DNA of 62,763 nt from an uncultured Clostridia bacterium (GTDB taxonomy: Bacteria > Bacillota > Clostridia > Saccharofermentanales > DTU023), in contig CAKZWV010000060.1 in NCBI GenBank assembly GCA_937922005.1, forward strand, positions 1-62,763, read 5' to 3'. The translations under genes and the position numbers were made by a program. This document shows positions 21,140 to 29,878 of the stretch, piece after piece. The notes beneath the pieces are model-generated. The model was not told the DNA's origin, searched no databases, and worked only from the letters and a program-made list of their open reading frames with translations. Every line of letters starts with the position of its first letter. The stretch's first letter is position 1.

Positions 21140-21460
21140 CTATTCTGGACTTTCCCAGAGAAGTTCGTACTTTCCTTGGGGCTTTTCAAGATAGACAGCC
21201 ATGAGATCTTCGACCATCATCATCTCCGGCGAAAAGGGGAGGTAAAAAGCCACACCCGTCCCACAAGAGACACTCAACTTGCGGGGAACAGGGACCAAGA
21301 TAGCCCGGGGATCCCCTAGGTCGCTGATATTTTCGAAAAAGTCGAGGGCGGCCAAGTGGGTGTGAAAAACAGCGATTTGCCTTGCCGGGGTAGGATGGGT
21401 TTGATGTTGAAGGTTGTTATTCTTTTGGTCGTTCATATTCTCTCGTAATTTGTGATTCAT
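21140..21460 (-). CDS. hypothetical small protein downstream of tusA-yeeE
   Basis: ORF only; no motif recognised. Confidence 0.25.
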   Translation of the reverse strand: MNHKLRENMNDQKNNNLQHQTHPTPARQIAVFHTHLAALDFFENISDLGDPRAILVPVPRKLSVSCGTGVAFYLPFSPEMMMVEDLMAVYLEKPQGKYELLWESPE

Positions 21461-21599
21461 AGTAAGAAGAAGGGGGCCCTGAGGCCCCCTAGATTCCGCT
21501 CCAGGTTGGCAGAAGAAGCAAGTAGAAAGACAACAGCTTGCCTTAGGGGCTAAGAGTTAACCTTCTTTGGGCTTCAGGTGGGGAGCGGGAAGAAATGTT

Positions 21600-21809
21600 T
21601 TATGCTTTGCGCTGTAAAGTTAACACAAATTCTTCCCCATTTTGGGTGCGTTTTACTTCATAGCCATGGTTTTGAGCATAGCGGGTCACGTTTTCGGTGG
21701 GGGTGATATCGTCTAACAGGATTTCTAAGCTATCAGGCTGCTGATCGAGCTGGGCTTTAGTCTGTAAAACAGGTTCCGGGCAGGATAGGCCTCTTACATC
21801 AAGAGTCAT
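21600..21809 (-). CDS. TusA-like sulfurtransferase (YeeD/TsuB-type)
   Basis: 69-aa ORF with a CPxP motif, 'RGLSCPEPV'. Confidence 0.85.
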   Translation of the reverse strand: MTLDVRGLSCPEPVLQTKAQLDQQPDSLEILLDDITPTENVTRYAQNHGYEVKRTQNGEEFVLTLQRKA

Positions 21810-21844
21810 AGTTTTCTCCTTTATCTTTTTAGGCTACGCCAGGC

Positions 21845-22972
21845 TTAGAGTGCCTTAGCTTTCGTGCCTTTGAGGGCTTGGTTGCGTCGAATCTGGGTGA
21901 CGACAATCACCGTAAGGACGACAAAGCCAATGATCACCATGCATTTTCCATTGGCGCTGATGCCACCTTGCTTGACCAGGACCCCGTCCTTAACGGTATC
22001 AGGGGCACCGGCTAGGCCAAAGTTATGGGAGAAGGCAGCTCCAATCAGCATCCCTAAGACGGTGATCGCAGAATCGATATTGCCAGTTCCTGTTAGGATG
22101 AGTTGGCGCAGGGGGCAGCCGCCAAGGAGGACGGATCCATAGCCAACTAAGGCCATGCCCAAAATATTCCAGACCACGCTGGAGTGAGCAATGGGCTGAC
22201 CGATCATGGAAAAATGCACCTTGTTAGCGATCAAATTGACGATAAAGGCGGAGACCAAAATCCCAATCGATCCAAGCAGCAAGGTCCAATCCTTCAGCAT
22301 AAATAGGTCACGGAAGCCACCAGCCATGCAGAGTCTCGACCGTTGGGCTAAGGCTCCAGCGACGAGAGCGACGCCAAGGCTCAAGTAAACATTGGCATGC
22401 ATGCTGCCAGGTCCTTTTTCGGAGAAGGCAAAGAGGGCAGGTACGGCAATGACCGCAATGAGGATGATGAGAGACGTAATAGGTAGGGCTACACCCTCCA
22501 GCTTAGGCTCATTATGGGTACGTCCCAGGGAGTAGCCTTTTTGTAAGGCGATCACTCCCATAAAAATACCTACAGCAAAACCAATAAGGGCAATCCAAGC
22601 GTTGAGGTCACCTGCGCTCATCCGAAGGACCAAGCGCATAGGGCAGCCTAAGAAGGCCAGGGCTCCAATCATGACGAAAAAGCCAATCGTGAAGCGTAAC
22701 AGAGGGGAAGAGCCTCCCCTTGCCTTAAATTCTTTGGTTGCCAAGCTAATGATCATAGAGCCCAGTAAGAGTCCAACAATTTCCGGTCGGAAATATTGAA
22801 CAGGTGCCGCAGTATGGAGCTTCAAGGCTCCGGCCGAATCTCTCAAGAAACAGGCAATACAAAGGCCCATGTTGCCAGGGTTGCCCGCCAGCATCAGGCC
22901 AATTGCCATAGCGCCCAAGAGCAATCCTACCCCAAGGGCTATCCATTTATCTTTATTCACAAATACCTCCAA
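21845..22972 (-). CDS. YeeE/YedE family sulfur-compound (thiosulfate) transporter
   Basis: Polytopic membrane protein with two Cys-containing repeats (GLCIACFLRD and RLCMAGGFRD). The ORF-track start is TTG; a GTG at 22960 sits 5 nt after GGAGG and is the more likely start. Confidence 0.8.
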   Translation of the reverse strand: MEVFVNKDKWIALGVGLLLGAMAIGLMLAGNPGNMGLCIACFLRDSAGALKLHTAAPVQYFRPEIVGLLLGSMIISLATKEFKARGGSSPLLRFTIGFFVMIGALAFLGCPMRLVLRMSAGDLNAWIALIGFAVGIFMGVIALQKGYSLGRTHNEPKLEGVALPITSLIILIAVIAVPALFAFSEKGPGSMHANVYLSLGVALVAGALAQRSRLCMAGGFRDLFMLKDWTLLLGSIGILVSAFIVNLIANKVHFSMIGQPIAHSSVVWNILGMALVGYGSVLLGGCPLRQLILTGTGNIDSAITVLGMLIGAAFSHNFGLAGAPDTVKDGVLVKQGGISANGKCMVIIGFVVLTVIVVTQIRRNQALKGTKAKAL

Positions 22973-23173
22973 TGTCTCCCGTAAGTAAAAAAATCTCGTC
23001 CCAAAGCTCGCCAGATGGCAGGTCTCTGGATCAAGACTTCTCTCTTCGGAATGCTAGATCTTGGTAGCCCTTTTTCCTACCCAATATAGTAAAACAAAGA
23101 GGATATTACAAGATACTGACAGGTCCCATCTGAGAACAGCGATGACAGCATAGCTCAATCGAGTAGGATACTA

Positions 23174-23902
23174 CTATGATACGAAAGTTTTCATCTTGGC
23201 ACAGCGGTGGCGTCGATACCAGTCGTCCCATTGTTCAAAAAAGATGACCAGGGAGACATAAGCTAGATCGACATAGAAGTAGAGTTTTTGATTGATGGCA
23301 AGCTGTGGAGGGAAACGCTTTACCATCATGTTTTCCAGCCATTGGCCATAGATAGGGACGATAAGAAAGACGGCGATAGCTAAACACATGAGGTAGAGGA
23401 ACAGAAGCAGCCCCTTGCCTGGCAGAGTATGCAAAAACCAGGTTTTCTCACTCTTCTGTTGCTGGAAAGAAAAGCCGGAATCTGGAACGACATCGACCCG
23501 AAGAAGCCATAAGGAGAAAAGACGTAATAGAAAAATGGGACGAATGACTCCAAAACAGGATAATAGGAGGGCACCGACTATGAATCTAGGGGCTATCAGT
23601 CGCAGCCAAAAGAGATATATAGGGGCACTAGTGGGGTAGGGGTTATCAGCGATGATGGTGATATTGATAAGGAGCCATATAAGAGCAAGAGCGATGACAC
23701 CGAGTTGAAGAAAACGCTTTATCCAGTTCGTCAACGTTGCATAGCGCTGAAAGGGTAGGAGGTCTTGCATCAACCTTGCCTGAAGGTCAGGATTTCCCGG
23801 AGCGAAGTTATGCTTCACAACCTGGCCACATTTGGGACAACAGATGTAGGTAGCCTCATGGGCGAAGAAGTAATATTGGCAAGCATTATTTTCGCAGATC
23901 AT
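23174..23902 (-). CDS. zinc-ribbon (CxxC...CxxC) polytopic membrane protein, paralog A
   Basis: N-terminal 'CENNAC...CCPKCG', 3-4 TM helices and a conserved C-terminus 'QLAINQKLYFYVDLAYVSLVIFFEQWDDWYRRHRCA'. Its termini are near-identical to 24248..24967 at the DNA level. Confidence 0.5.
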   Translation of the reverse strand: MICENNACQYYFFAHEATYICCPKCGQVVKHNFAPGNPDLQARLMQDLLPFQRYATLTNWIKRFLQLGVIALALIWLLINITIIADNPYPTSAPIYLFWLRLIAPRFIVGALLLSCFGVIRPIFLLRLFSLWLLRVDVVPDSGFSFQQQKSEKTWFLHTLPGKGLLLFLYLMCLAIAVFLIVPIYGQWLENMMVKRFPPQLAINQKLYFYVDLAYVSLVIFFEQWDDWYRRHRCAKMKTFVS

Positions 23903-23970
23903 AGGTCACCGAATTTCACTTATTGTGGCGTAATCTCGGGATTAAGGCCAAGTCCAATTCCATATTAAGG

Positions 23971-24144
23971 TTAACCATATCTATGTAATGTGCGGTTTAT
24001 GTCCGTAATTTCAGCCATAATTTCTATAGCGTAAGCATTTTCAGACGTTGTTTCTTCAGCCTTAACGAGTCGCATTTTACTTGGCATTACGATAGGGATA
24101 AGTATGGTAAAGCATAATAAAAAAAGAATAGAATTTTTCTTCAT
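23971..24144 (-). CDS. unannotated 57-aa ORF with signal-peptide-like N-terminus (MKKNSILFLLCFTILIPIVMPSKMRLVKA|EETTSENAYAIEIMAEITDINRTLHRYG)
   Basis: Translated by hand from the minus strand. ATG at 24144-24142, with GGAG 9 nt upstream (aaaggagaacttgcccATG) and a TAA stop at 23973-23971. Absent from the ORF track because it is under 60 aa. Confidence 0.45.
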   Translation of the reverse strand: MKKNSILFLLCFTILIPIVMPSKMRLVKAEETTSENAYAIEIMAEITDINRTLHRYG

Positions 24145-24247
24145 GGGCAAGTTCTCCTTTCAAGAAAACTGGATAAATGGTTGGTCTATTGATTGCCAAA
24201 TTAAACTTCTAGGTGGAAAACGTCTTGGTGTATGGCAGGTATTTCTT

Positions 24248-24967
24248 TTATAACCTTCTAATCTGGGCACAGCGGTGGCGTCGATACCAGTCGTCCCATT
24301 GCTCAAAACAGATGACCAGGGAGACATAAGCTAGATCGACATAGAAGTAGAGTTTCTGATTGATGGCAAGCTGTGGATAGCGACTTGGTGGCAAGATCTT
24401 TTCGTTCCATTGCTGGTAAGAAGGTACACGATGCCGGATAATCCATATTAGGAAAAGTAGGTAAAGTACTAGGATGATGCTCTTTCCTGGTAAGGTATGC
24501 CAGAACCAGGCTTTTTCATTCTTTCTCTGTTGGAAGGAAAAACCGGAATCAGGAATAACATTGACCCCCAACGTGCGTATAGACCAGCGTTGTGCTATAG
24601 ACATGAGTGGAATGGCCCCAAAACAAACCAAGAGGAAAAAAGCCGTACAGTAACGTTGGACTCCCATCTTGACTACCAATGAGCCAATAGATTCATCGTT
24701 CATAGAAACATTCGAAAGCGCAATACTGTTGCATGCACCCTCTATCAAGGCAAGAAGGATCAGGCCCATCCAAACCGCACCTTTTGTTCGATTGCTCATC
24801 TTGAGATAGCGCTGAAAGGGTAGGAGTTCTTGCATCAATCTAGCCTGAAGGTCAGGATTCCCGGGAGCGAAATTATGCTTCACAATCTGGCCACATTTGG
24901 GACAGCAGATGTAGGTAACCTCATGGGCGAAGAAGTAATATTGGCAAGCATTATTTTCGCAGATCAT
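24248..24967 (-). CDS. zinc-ribbon (CxxC...CxxC) polytopic membrane protein, paralog B
   Basis: Same architecture as 23174..23902. The N-terminal 55 aa and C-terminal 35 aa are almost identical and the middle is diverged. A strong SD (aaaggagg) is present. Confidence 0.5.
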   Translation of the reverse strand: MICENNACQYYFFAHEVTYICCPKCGQIVKHNFAPGNPDLQARLMQELLPFQRYLKMSNRTKGAVWMGLILLALIEGACNSIALSNVSMNDESIGSLVVKMGVQRYCTAFFLLVCFGAIPLMSIAQRWSIRTLGVNVIPDSGFSFQQRKNEKAWFWHTLPGKSIILVLYLLFLIWIIRHRVPSYQQWNEKILPPSRYPQLAINQKLYFYVDLAYVSLVICFEQWDDWYRRHRCAQIRRL

Positions 24968-25293
24968 AGCCGGCCTCCTTTGTCGCAGGAGCTTAAAGCT
25001 TAGTCAAAAGCTGGTAAATACCAAGGCGATCGTTACCAGGATTGTGTCCATGAATCAGCTTTGAAACCGCTTACTAGGTGGATTTTAATTGTTCTATGCG
25101 ATTATCATAGCAAATATAGGGGGCTGTAGCTAGGAAAATTGCTTGCTCTGACTAGATCCTTATCTTTTCCATGAGGGTCTCTGGGGAAAGGCGTTTTTGG
25201 CTCCCCAAAAAGAGAGAATCCTTCTTTTATGCGGTTATTTTTGGATATTCTTGAACATTGTGCTACTATCCTTCCTTTGTTATGATGGTGTTT

Positions 25294-25953
25294 TTACTCA
25301 GCACTCCTGCCCTCTCTAGACTGGTAATCTTCGGCTATACGGTCCTTCCAAGAGCAATTCAGTTCCTTGCTGGATCGAAAAAAAGAAAGGGTGTCGGAGA
25401 GGACCTCATAGTTAAGCTTCATTCCTACATTATCAGGAAGGTAGTCGACAGCACAGCTTGCGTCAATGCCCACACTTGCTGCAGTATCTACGGCATCGAT
25501 ATTGGCCCCTAGAAAGAGGAATTCCCAGCCATATTTTTCCTTCTGGCGCTCGATCATCGTCTTCACCTGGCTACTGCTATAGCAGTGACTGGAGTTTTCC
25601 ATCCCATCCGTAGTAATGATAAAGAGGGTGCGTTCCGGGACATCCTCTTTTCTGGCATATTTATGAATATTTCCAATGTGATGGATGGCTTCGCCGATGG
25701 CGTCGAGCAAGGCGGTGCTCCCGCAGGCACAATAATCCTCGTCTGTCATGGGGTCGACCTTCTGAATAGGGATACGGTCGTGGATGACTGTACTTATGTT
25801 GTTAAAGAGAACGGTTGAGACCCAGGCCTCGCCCTTCTCTTTTTTCTGTTTAGAGATTAAGGAGTTGAACCCTCCGATGGTATCTTTTTCCAAGCCGCTC
25901 ATAGAGCCGCTACGATCTAGGATGAATACGATTTCTGTCAAGTTCTTTTTCAT
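25294..25953 (-). CDS. standalone vWA (von Willebrand factor A) domain protein, TerY-like
   Basis: MIDAS motif 'DRSGSM' (DxSxS) plus a downstream T..DG. The likely start is the internal ATG at 25953, with GGAGG 8 nt upstream. No signal peptide. Confidence 0.7.
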   Translation of the reverse strand: MKKNLTEIVFILDRSGSMSGLEKDTIGGFNSLISKQKKEKGEAWVSTVLFNNISTVIHDRIPIQKVDPMTDEDYCACGSTALLDAIGEAIHHIGNIHKYARKEDVPERTLFIITTDGMENSSHCYSSSQVKTMIERQKEKYGWEFLFLGANIDAVDTAASVGIDASCAVDYLPDNVGMKLNYEVLSDTLSFFRSSKELNCSWKDRIAEDYQSREGRSAE

Positions 25954-26155
25954 GTTGAATACCTCCGTATAGAGAAATAGGACTATTTGTTGGTGCACCT
26001 TACAGTCTTATTGTAGGTCGGTATTCACGTTCTTTGGTCGCATGGTGAGCGACATTCTCGTAGCTCGCTAGCCTCTGGGGCATGTGATTCGTTCGCCCCG
26101 ATTATGAAATAATTGCGGATGATTATGGCAAGCTCACATACAAACTAATTCACCC

Positions 26156-27385
26156 TTAACCTCCAATCAAGCTCTGATCGAAGGCAAATACGGCCTCATT
26201 GATTTCAAAGACGTTATAGTTCCCATGTTCTACAAAATATTCCACAATGATGTCAAATTTATGAGAGTGAGAGAGGGCAAAGCCTGCTTTCATGAGCATA
26301 TCTTTCATTTCCTCAAGGGGTAATTCCAGGGCGATGGCAAAGGCGATGGCTGTTGACTTGGAGGGCCTATAGGCCGTATTAGAGCGGATCTTGGAGAAAA
26401 GCCTCCGATCAACGTTGGCCTTTTTATAACATTCGGCATCGGTCATGCCGGATTCGTCAATCTTGCGCAGGAGCATTTCAGAAAAGCTTTCATCGATCTC
26501 TTTTAGGGCCTCATTGAGCGAAGGCAGGCTCTTGAGGGAGAATTCATTAGGGATGCGATCAATTTGGATTTCTACAGGCTCTTCCCTAACCGAAAGCTCA
26601 TAAGACGAAAATTCATTATTGTAGGATAACTTGTCATGCTTATCTTGATAAAAGGCAATTCCATCATTGCCCTCATAGAGGGTATTCAGATCTTCCTCTT
26701 CATAAGGAGCACTTCCATCCTCGTCTTCAAAGGGGAGACTCCCATCAGCCCCCTCCTCAGAATAAGGACCTTGCTCGTTCGGTAAACGGTAATCTCTTTG
26801 CTTAAGCCCCAAGTGATAGGGGCCATGCGCATGCGTGTAGCGGTCCGTGCCTTGCGAATCCGTGTAGCGGTCATCGATGTAGGCAGCAAGGTCAGCAAAT
26901 AGTTTGTTACTGATCTGGTAGGACTTTTTGTCGAAAATGACCAGGTAAACCATCATATCGTGGTCAAGCAAAAAAGCACGGATCGTATCGATGGCAATCC
27001 TCAAGGCCTGATCCTTTGGATAAGCAAATATTCCAGCAGATATTAACGGAAAAGCTATTGATTCGCAGCCGTACTCATTAGCCAGCATAAGGGAAGTATG
27101 ATAGCAGGAAGTTAAAAGATCAGCTTCTCCCTGCTGGCCGCCAGACCAGCGGGGTCCGACAGCATGGATAACATACTTGCAGGGCAACTGGTAGGCTTTC
27201 GTGATTTTGGCACTTCCCGTCTTGCAGCCATGGAGGGTGGCGCATTCGGCTAAAAGTTTAGGCCCTGCCGCCCGGTGAATGCAGCCATCTACGCCACCAC
27301 CGCCCATTAGGGACTCGTTGGCAGCGTTGACGATGGCGTCAACCTTCATCTTGGTGATGTCATTTCTGACGATTTGCAGTGGCAT
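26156..27385 (-). CDS. Macro domain (MacroD-type ADP-ribose binding/hydrolase) fused to C-terminal XRE-type helix-turn-helix
   Basis: 'VNAANESLMGGGGVDGCIHRAAG' macro motifs, an acidic linker, then 'MTDAECYKKANVDRRLFSKIRSN...TAIAFAIALELPLEEMKDML', an XRE-like HTH. The second ATG, preceded by GGAGG, is the likely start. Confidence 0.65.
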   Translation of the reverse strand: MPLQIVRNDITKMKVDAIVNAANESLMGGGGVDGCIHRAAGPKLLAECATLHGCKTGSAKITKAYQLPCKYVIHAVGPRWSGGQQGEADLLTSCYHTSLMLANEYGCESIAFPLISAGIFAYPKDQALRIAIDTIRAFLLDHDMMVYLVIFDKKSYQISNKLFADLAAYIDDRYTDSQGTDRYTHAHGPYHLGLKQRDYRLPNEQGPYSEEGADGSLPFEDEDGSAPYEEEDLNTLYEGNDGIAFYQDKHDKLSYNNEFSSYELSVREEPVEIQIDRIPNEFSLKSLPSLNEALKEIDESFSEMLLRKIDESGMTDAECYKKANVDRRLFSKIRSNTAYRPSKSTAIAFAIALELPLEEMKDMLMKAGFALSHSHKFDIIVEYFVEHGNYNVFEINEAVFAFDQSLIGG

Positions 27386-27510
27386 AAAGGAACCTCCGTT
27401 CATTTTTGCATTGTGCCCTTTTCTGTGGCGACAGAATTATTTTAAATTCTTAAAAAGTTCTTGACAAGGAAGATACTATGCGATACGATGTATAGCACGA
27501 AAGGAGGTAT

Positions 27511-27834
27511 GTGATGGATGCTCAGTTGAAACGTGGTCTATTGGATATCTGTGTTTTAGCGGCCATCAAGAATGAGGATTCTTACGGCTATAAGATCATA
27601 AAAGACCTAACACCCTATGTCGAGCTTTCTGAATCAACCCTCTACAGCATTCTGAAGCGATTGGAAAAGGCCAATATGTTAGGGGTTCGCAGAGTGGAAC
27701 ACAACGGCAGACTCCGAAAATATTACCATATCACCCCAGAGGGGCTAGGGCGCATCGAAGAGTTTAAAGACGAGTGGCAACAAATAGAGAGGATTTACCA
27801 ATTCATAATAAAGGAGGATCATGGCAATGAATAA
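27511..27834 (+). CDS. PadR family transcriptional regulator
   Basis: 'LDICVLAAI...SYGYKIIKDL...TLYSILKRLEKANML', a winged-HTH PadR signature. Confidence 0.85.
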   Translation: MMDAQLKRGLLDICVLAAIKNEDSYGYKIIKDLTPYVELSESTLYSILKRLEKANMLGVRRVEHNGRLRKYYHITPEGLGRIEEFKDEWQQIERIYQFIIKEDHGNE

Positions 27835-28429
27835 GAAAGAATTTCTTGCCAACTTGCGAAATGCCTTGTCTGGCTTGCCGCAGGATGAAATAGAAGAGCG
27901 TTTGACGTTTTACGCTGAAATGCTCGACGACAGGATGGAAGAAGGACTATCTGAAGAAGAGGCCGTTTTGGCTGCTGGCCCAATAGATGATATTGTGAAG
28001 CAGGTTGTGGCAGAAGTGCCTTTGACTAAAATTGCTAAAGAAAGGATCCGTCCTAAGCACCAACTGGCTGGCTGGGAAATGATCCTTTTGATCTTGGGGG
28101 CCCCACTCTGGCTACCTCTTGGTTTGGCAGGAATCTTGACGATTCTTTCCGTCTATGTTTCTCTATGGGCGGTCATTATTTCTCTCTGGGCGATCTTTGC
28201 CTCTTTTGTACTATGTGGAGGCAGTCTCTTCCTGACCAGCCTTATTATGTGCCTTCGTGGCAGCTTTGTGGCAGGGCTAGCTTTGCTGGGGGCAGGGATG
28301 ATTTGTAGCGGATTATCTATTTTCATGTTTTATGCCTGCAAGGTCATTACGGCGGGTATTGTGAAGCTTACAAAGAAATTTACCTTGTGGGTAAAAAATT
28401 GCTTTATAGGGAAGGAAAAAGCGCAATGA
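27821..28429 (+). CDS. DUF1700 (HAAS-type) membrane protein
   Basis: N-terminal 'KKEFLANLRNALSGLPQDEIEERLTFYAEMLDD' followed by a multi-TM C-terminus. Second gene of the classic three-gene module. Confidence 0.7.
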   Translation: MAMNKKEFLANLRNALSGLPQDEIEERLTFYAEMLDDRMEEGLSEEEAVLAAGPIDDIVKQVVAEVPLTKIAKERIRPKHQLAGWEMILLILGAPLWLPLGLAGILTILSVYVSLWAVIISLWAIFASFVLCGGSLFLTSLIMCLRGSFVAGLALLGAGMICSGLSIFMFYACKVITAGIVKLTKKFTLWVKNCFIGKEKAQ

Positions 28430-29400
28430 AAAGGAAAACGAAAAATTGGCTTGGCGCAGGAGCTAGCCTTATCCTTGTTGGATTGATTCTTTATGTTGGT
28501 GCTATGACAGCTCTCAAGTGGGACTATGCGAAGATGTCTACGATCGATTATGTAAGTAATACGCATGAAATCAAGGAGTCTTTCCGTAATATCTCTCTGA
28601 AGACGGATGAAGCAAGAATTGTCTTTGCCTTGTCAAAGGATGGAAAGTGTAGGGTCGAGTGCTACGAGGAGGCCAAAGCTGTGCATGCTGTCGCTGTAAA
28701 AGAAGCTACCCTCTCCATTGAGATGACTCATACAAGGTCTTGGTATGATTATATTGGTATACATTATGAATCGCCGAAAATTACAGTATATCTTCCGAAG
28801 CAAGAGTACAATGCCCTGTCTATTAATTTAAATGTTGGAAATATTGAAATAGAGAATAAACTGGCTTTTACAAACGCAGATATCAGATTATCCACGGGTA
28901 ACGTGAACTATGGCGCATCTACGAAAGAAGCTATTCACATTCAGATTGGCACAGGGAATATTTCTGTGGGCAGATTGACAGCTGGCTCACTGGATATTTC
29001 CAGTGCGGTGGGGACGGTTGCCATTACGGATCTGACCTGCAAGAATGATCTTACTTTAGGTTTGACGACTGGCACAACAAGCTTAAACGATGTTTTCTGT
29101 GGAAATCTTGTCTCAACTGCCACGGCTGGCGAGATCACCCTCGATCATGTGATCGCAAGAGAAAAGTTTACCATCGAAAGAGATACGGGCAATATAAAAT
29201 TTAAGGGAAGCGATGCAGCTGAAATCCATGTAAAAACGAATACCGGAAATGTAAGTGGTAGTCTACTGACCAATAAGGTTTTTCTTGCCAAGAGTGAATC
29301 TGGTAAGGTTCATCTTCCCCCATCTACCACCGGCGGCCCATGCAAAATTGATGTGCTCACAGGGAATATCGATATGGAGATTGACGAGAAAGCTGAATGA
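28426..29400 (+). CDS. DUF4097 ('putative adhesin' beta-helix) domain membrane protein
   Basis: N-terminal TM followed by repetitive 'TGN(I/V)..' beta-helix rungs. Start chosen at MKRKTKNW, overlapping the upstream gene's stop. Confidence 0.7.
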   Translation: MKRKTKNWLGAGASLILVGLILYVGAMTALKWDYAKMSTIDYVSNTHEIKESFRNISLKTDEARIVFALSKDGKCRVECYEEAKAVHAVAVKEATLSIEMTHTRSWYDYIGIHYESPKITVYLPKQEYNALSINLNVGNIEIENKLAFTNADIRLSTGNVNYGASTKEAIHIQIGTGNISVGRLTAGSLDISSAVGTVAITDLTCKNDLTLGLTTGTTSLNDVFCGNLVSTATAGEITLDHVIAREKFTIERDTGNIKFKGSDAAEIHVKTNTGNVSGSLLTNKVFLAKSESGKVHLPPSTTGGPCKIDVLTGNIDMEIDEKAE

Positions 29401-29481
29401 AACGAAAAAAAATTGAATAGGACCGCATCTAAGACATCCGCCACATCCTGGAGGCTCGTATTAGCAATCTATGTCGGTCGG

Positions 29482-29510
29482 TTGACAAAGCCCCCTTATC
29501 TTTCTATACT
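29482..29510 (+). promoter_or_regulatory. sigma-70-type promoter for the rib leader (TTGACA-17-TATACT)
   Basis: ttgaca at 29482-29487, a 17-nt spacer, then tatact at 29505-29510. Confidence 0.5.
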
Positions 29511-29516
29511 GGTGCG

Positions 29517-29770
29517 AGTAGAGTAACCTTCAGGGCGGGGTGTAAGTCCCCACCGGCGGTGTGAGCCCGCAAGCTAGGCCTCCAGGAAGAAAATAGATAG
29601 GTAAATTCTTCTTTTTCCTTTTGGAGTCTGGCCGATCTCTAGGACCAAGAGAGCCGACAGTGACAGTCTGGATGAAAGAAGGAAACTTATGGATGGCCTG
29701 TGTTCATCCCATGTCCCCTTGCCCGCCTGGTGTCCCCTGTCTGTTGCTCGACCAACGAGGGGCTTTTTTT
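29517..29770 (+). promoter_or_regulatory. FMN riboswitch (RFN element) with intrinsic-terminator expression platform
   Basis: 'AGGGCGGGGTGTAAGTCCCCACCGGCGGT...GCCGACAGTGACAGTCTGGATGAAAGAAGG' matches the RFN consensus. A GC hairpin plus TTTTTTT at ~29735-29770 precedes ribD. Confidence 0.85.
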
Positions 29771-29878
29771 ATGCCCGGATTTAGATCGACTGGGGCCAGC
29801 GACTGCTGTGACTCGGCCTGACCTCTGCCCCATGGCTTTTATGGCCCAAGCTGGCCCCGAATTTGCCCCAGAAAGGAG

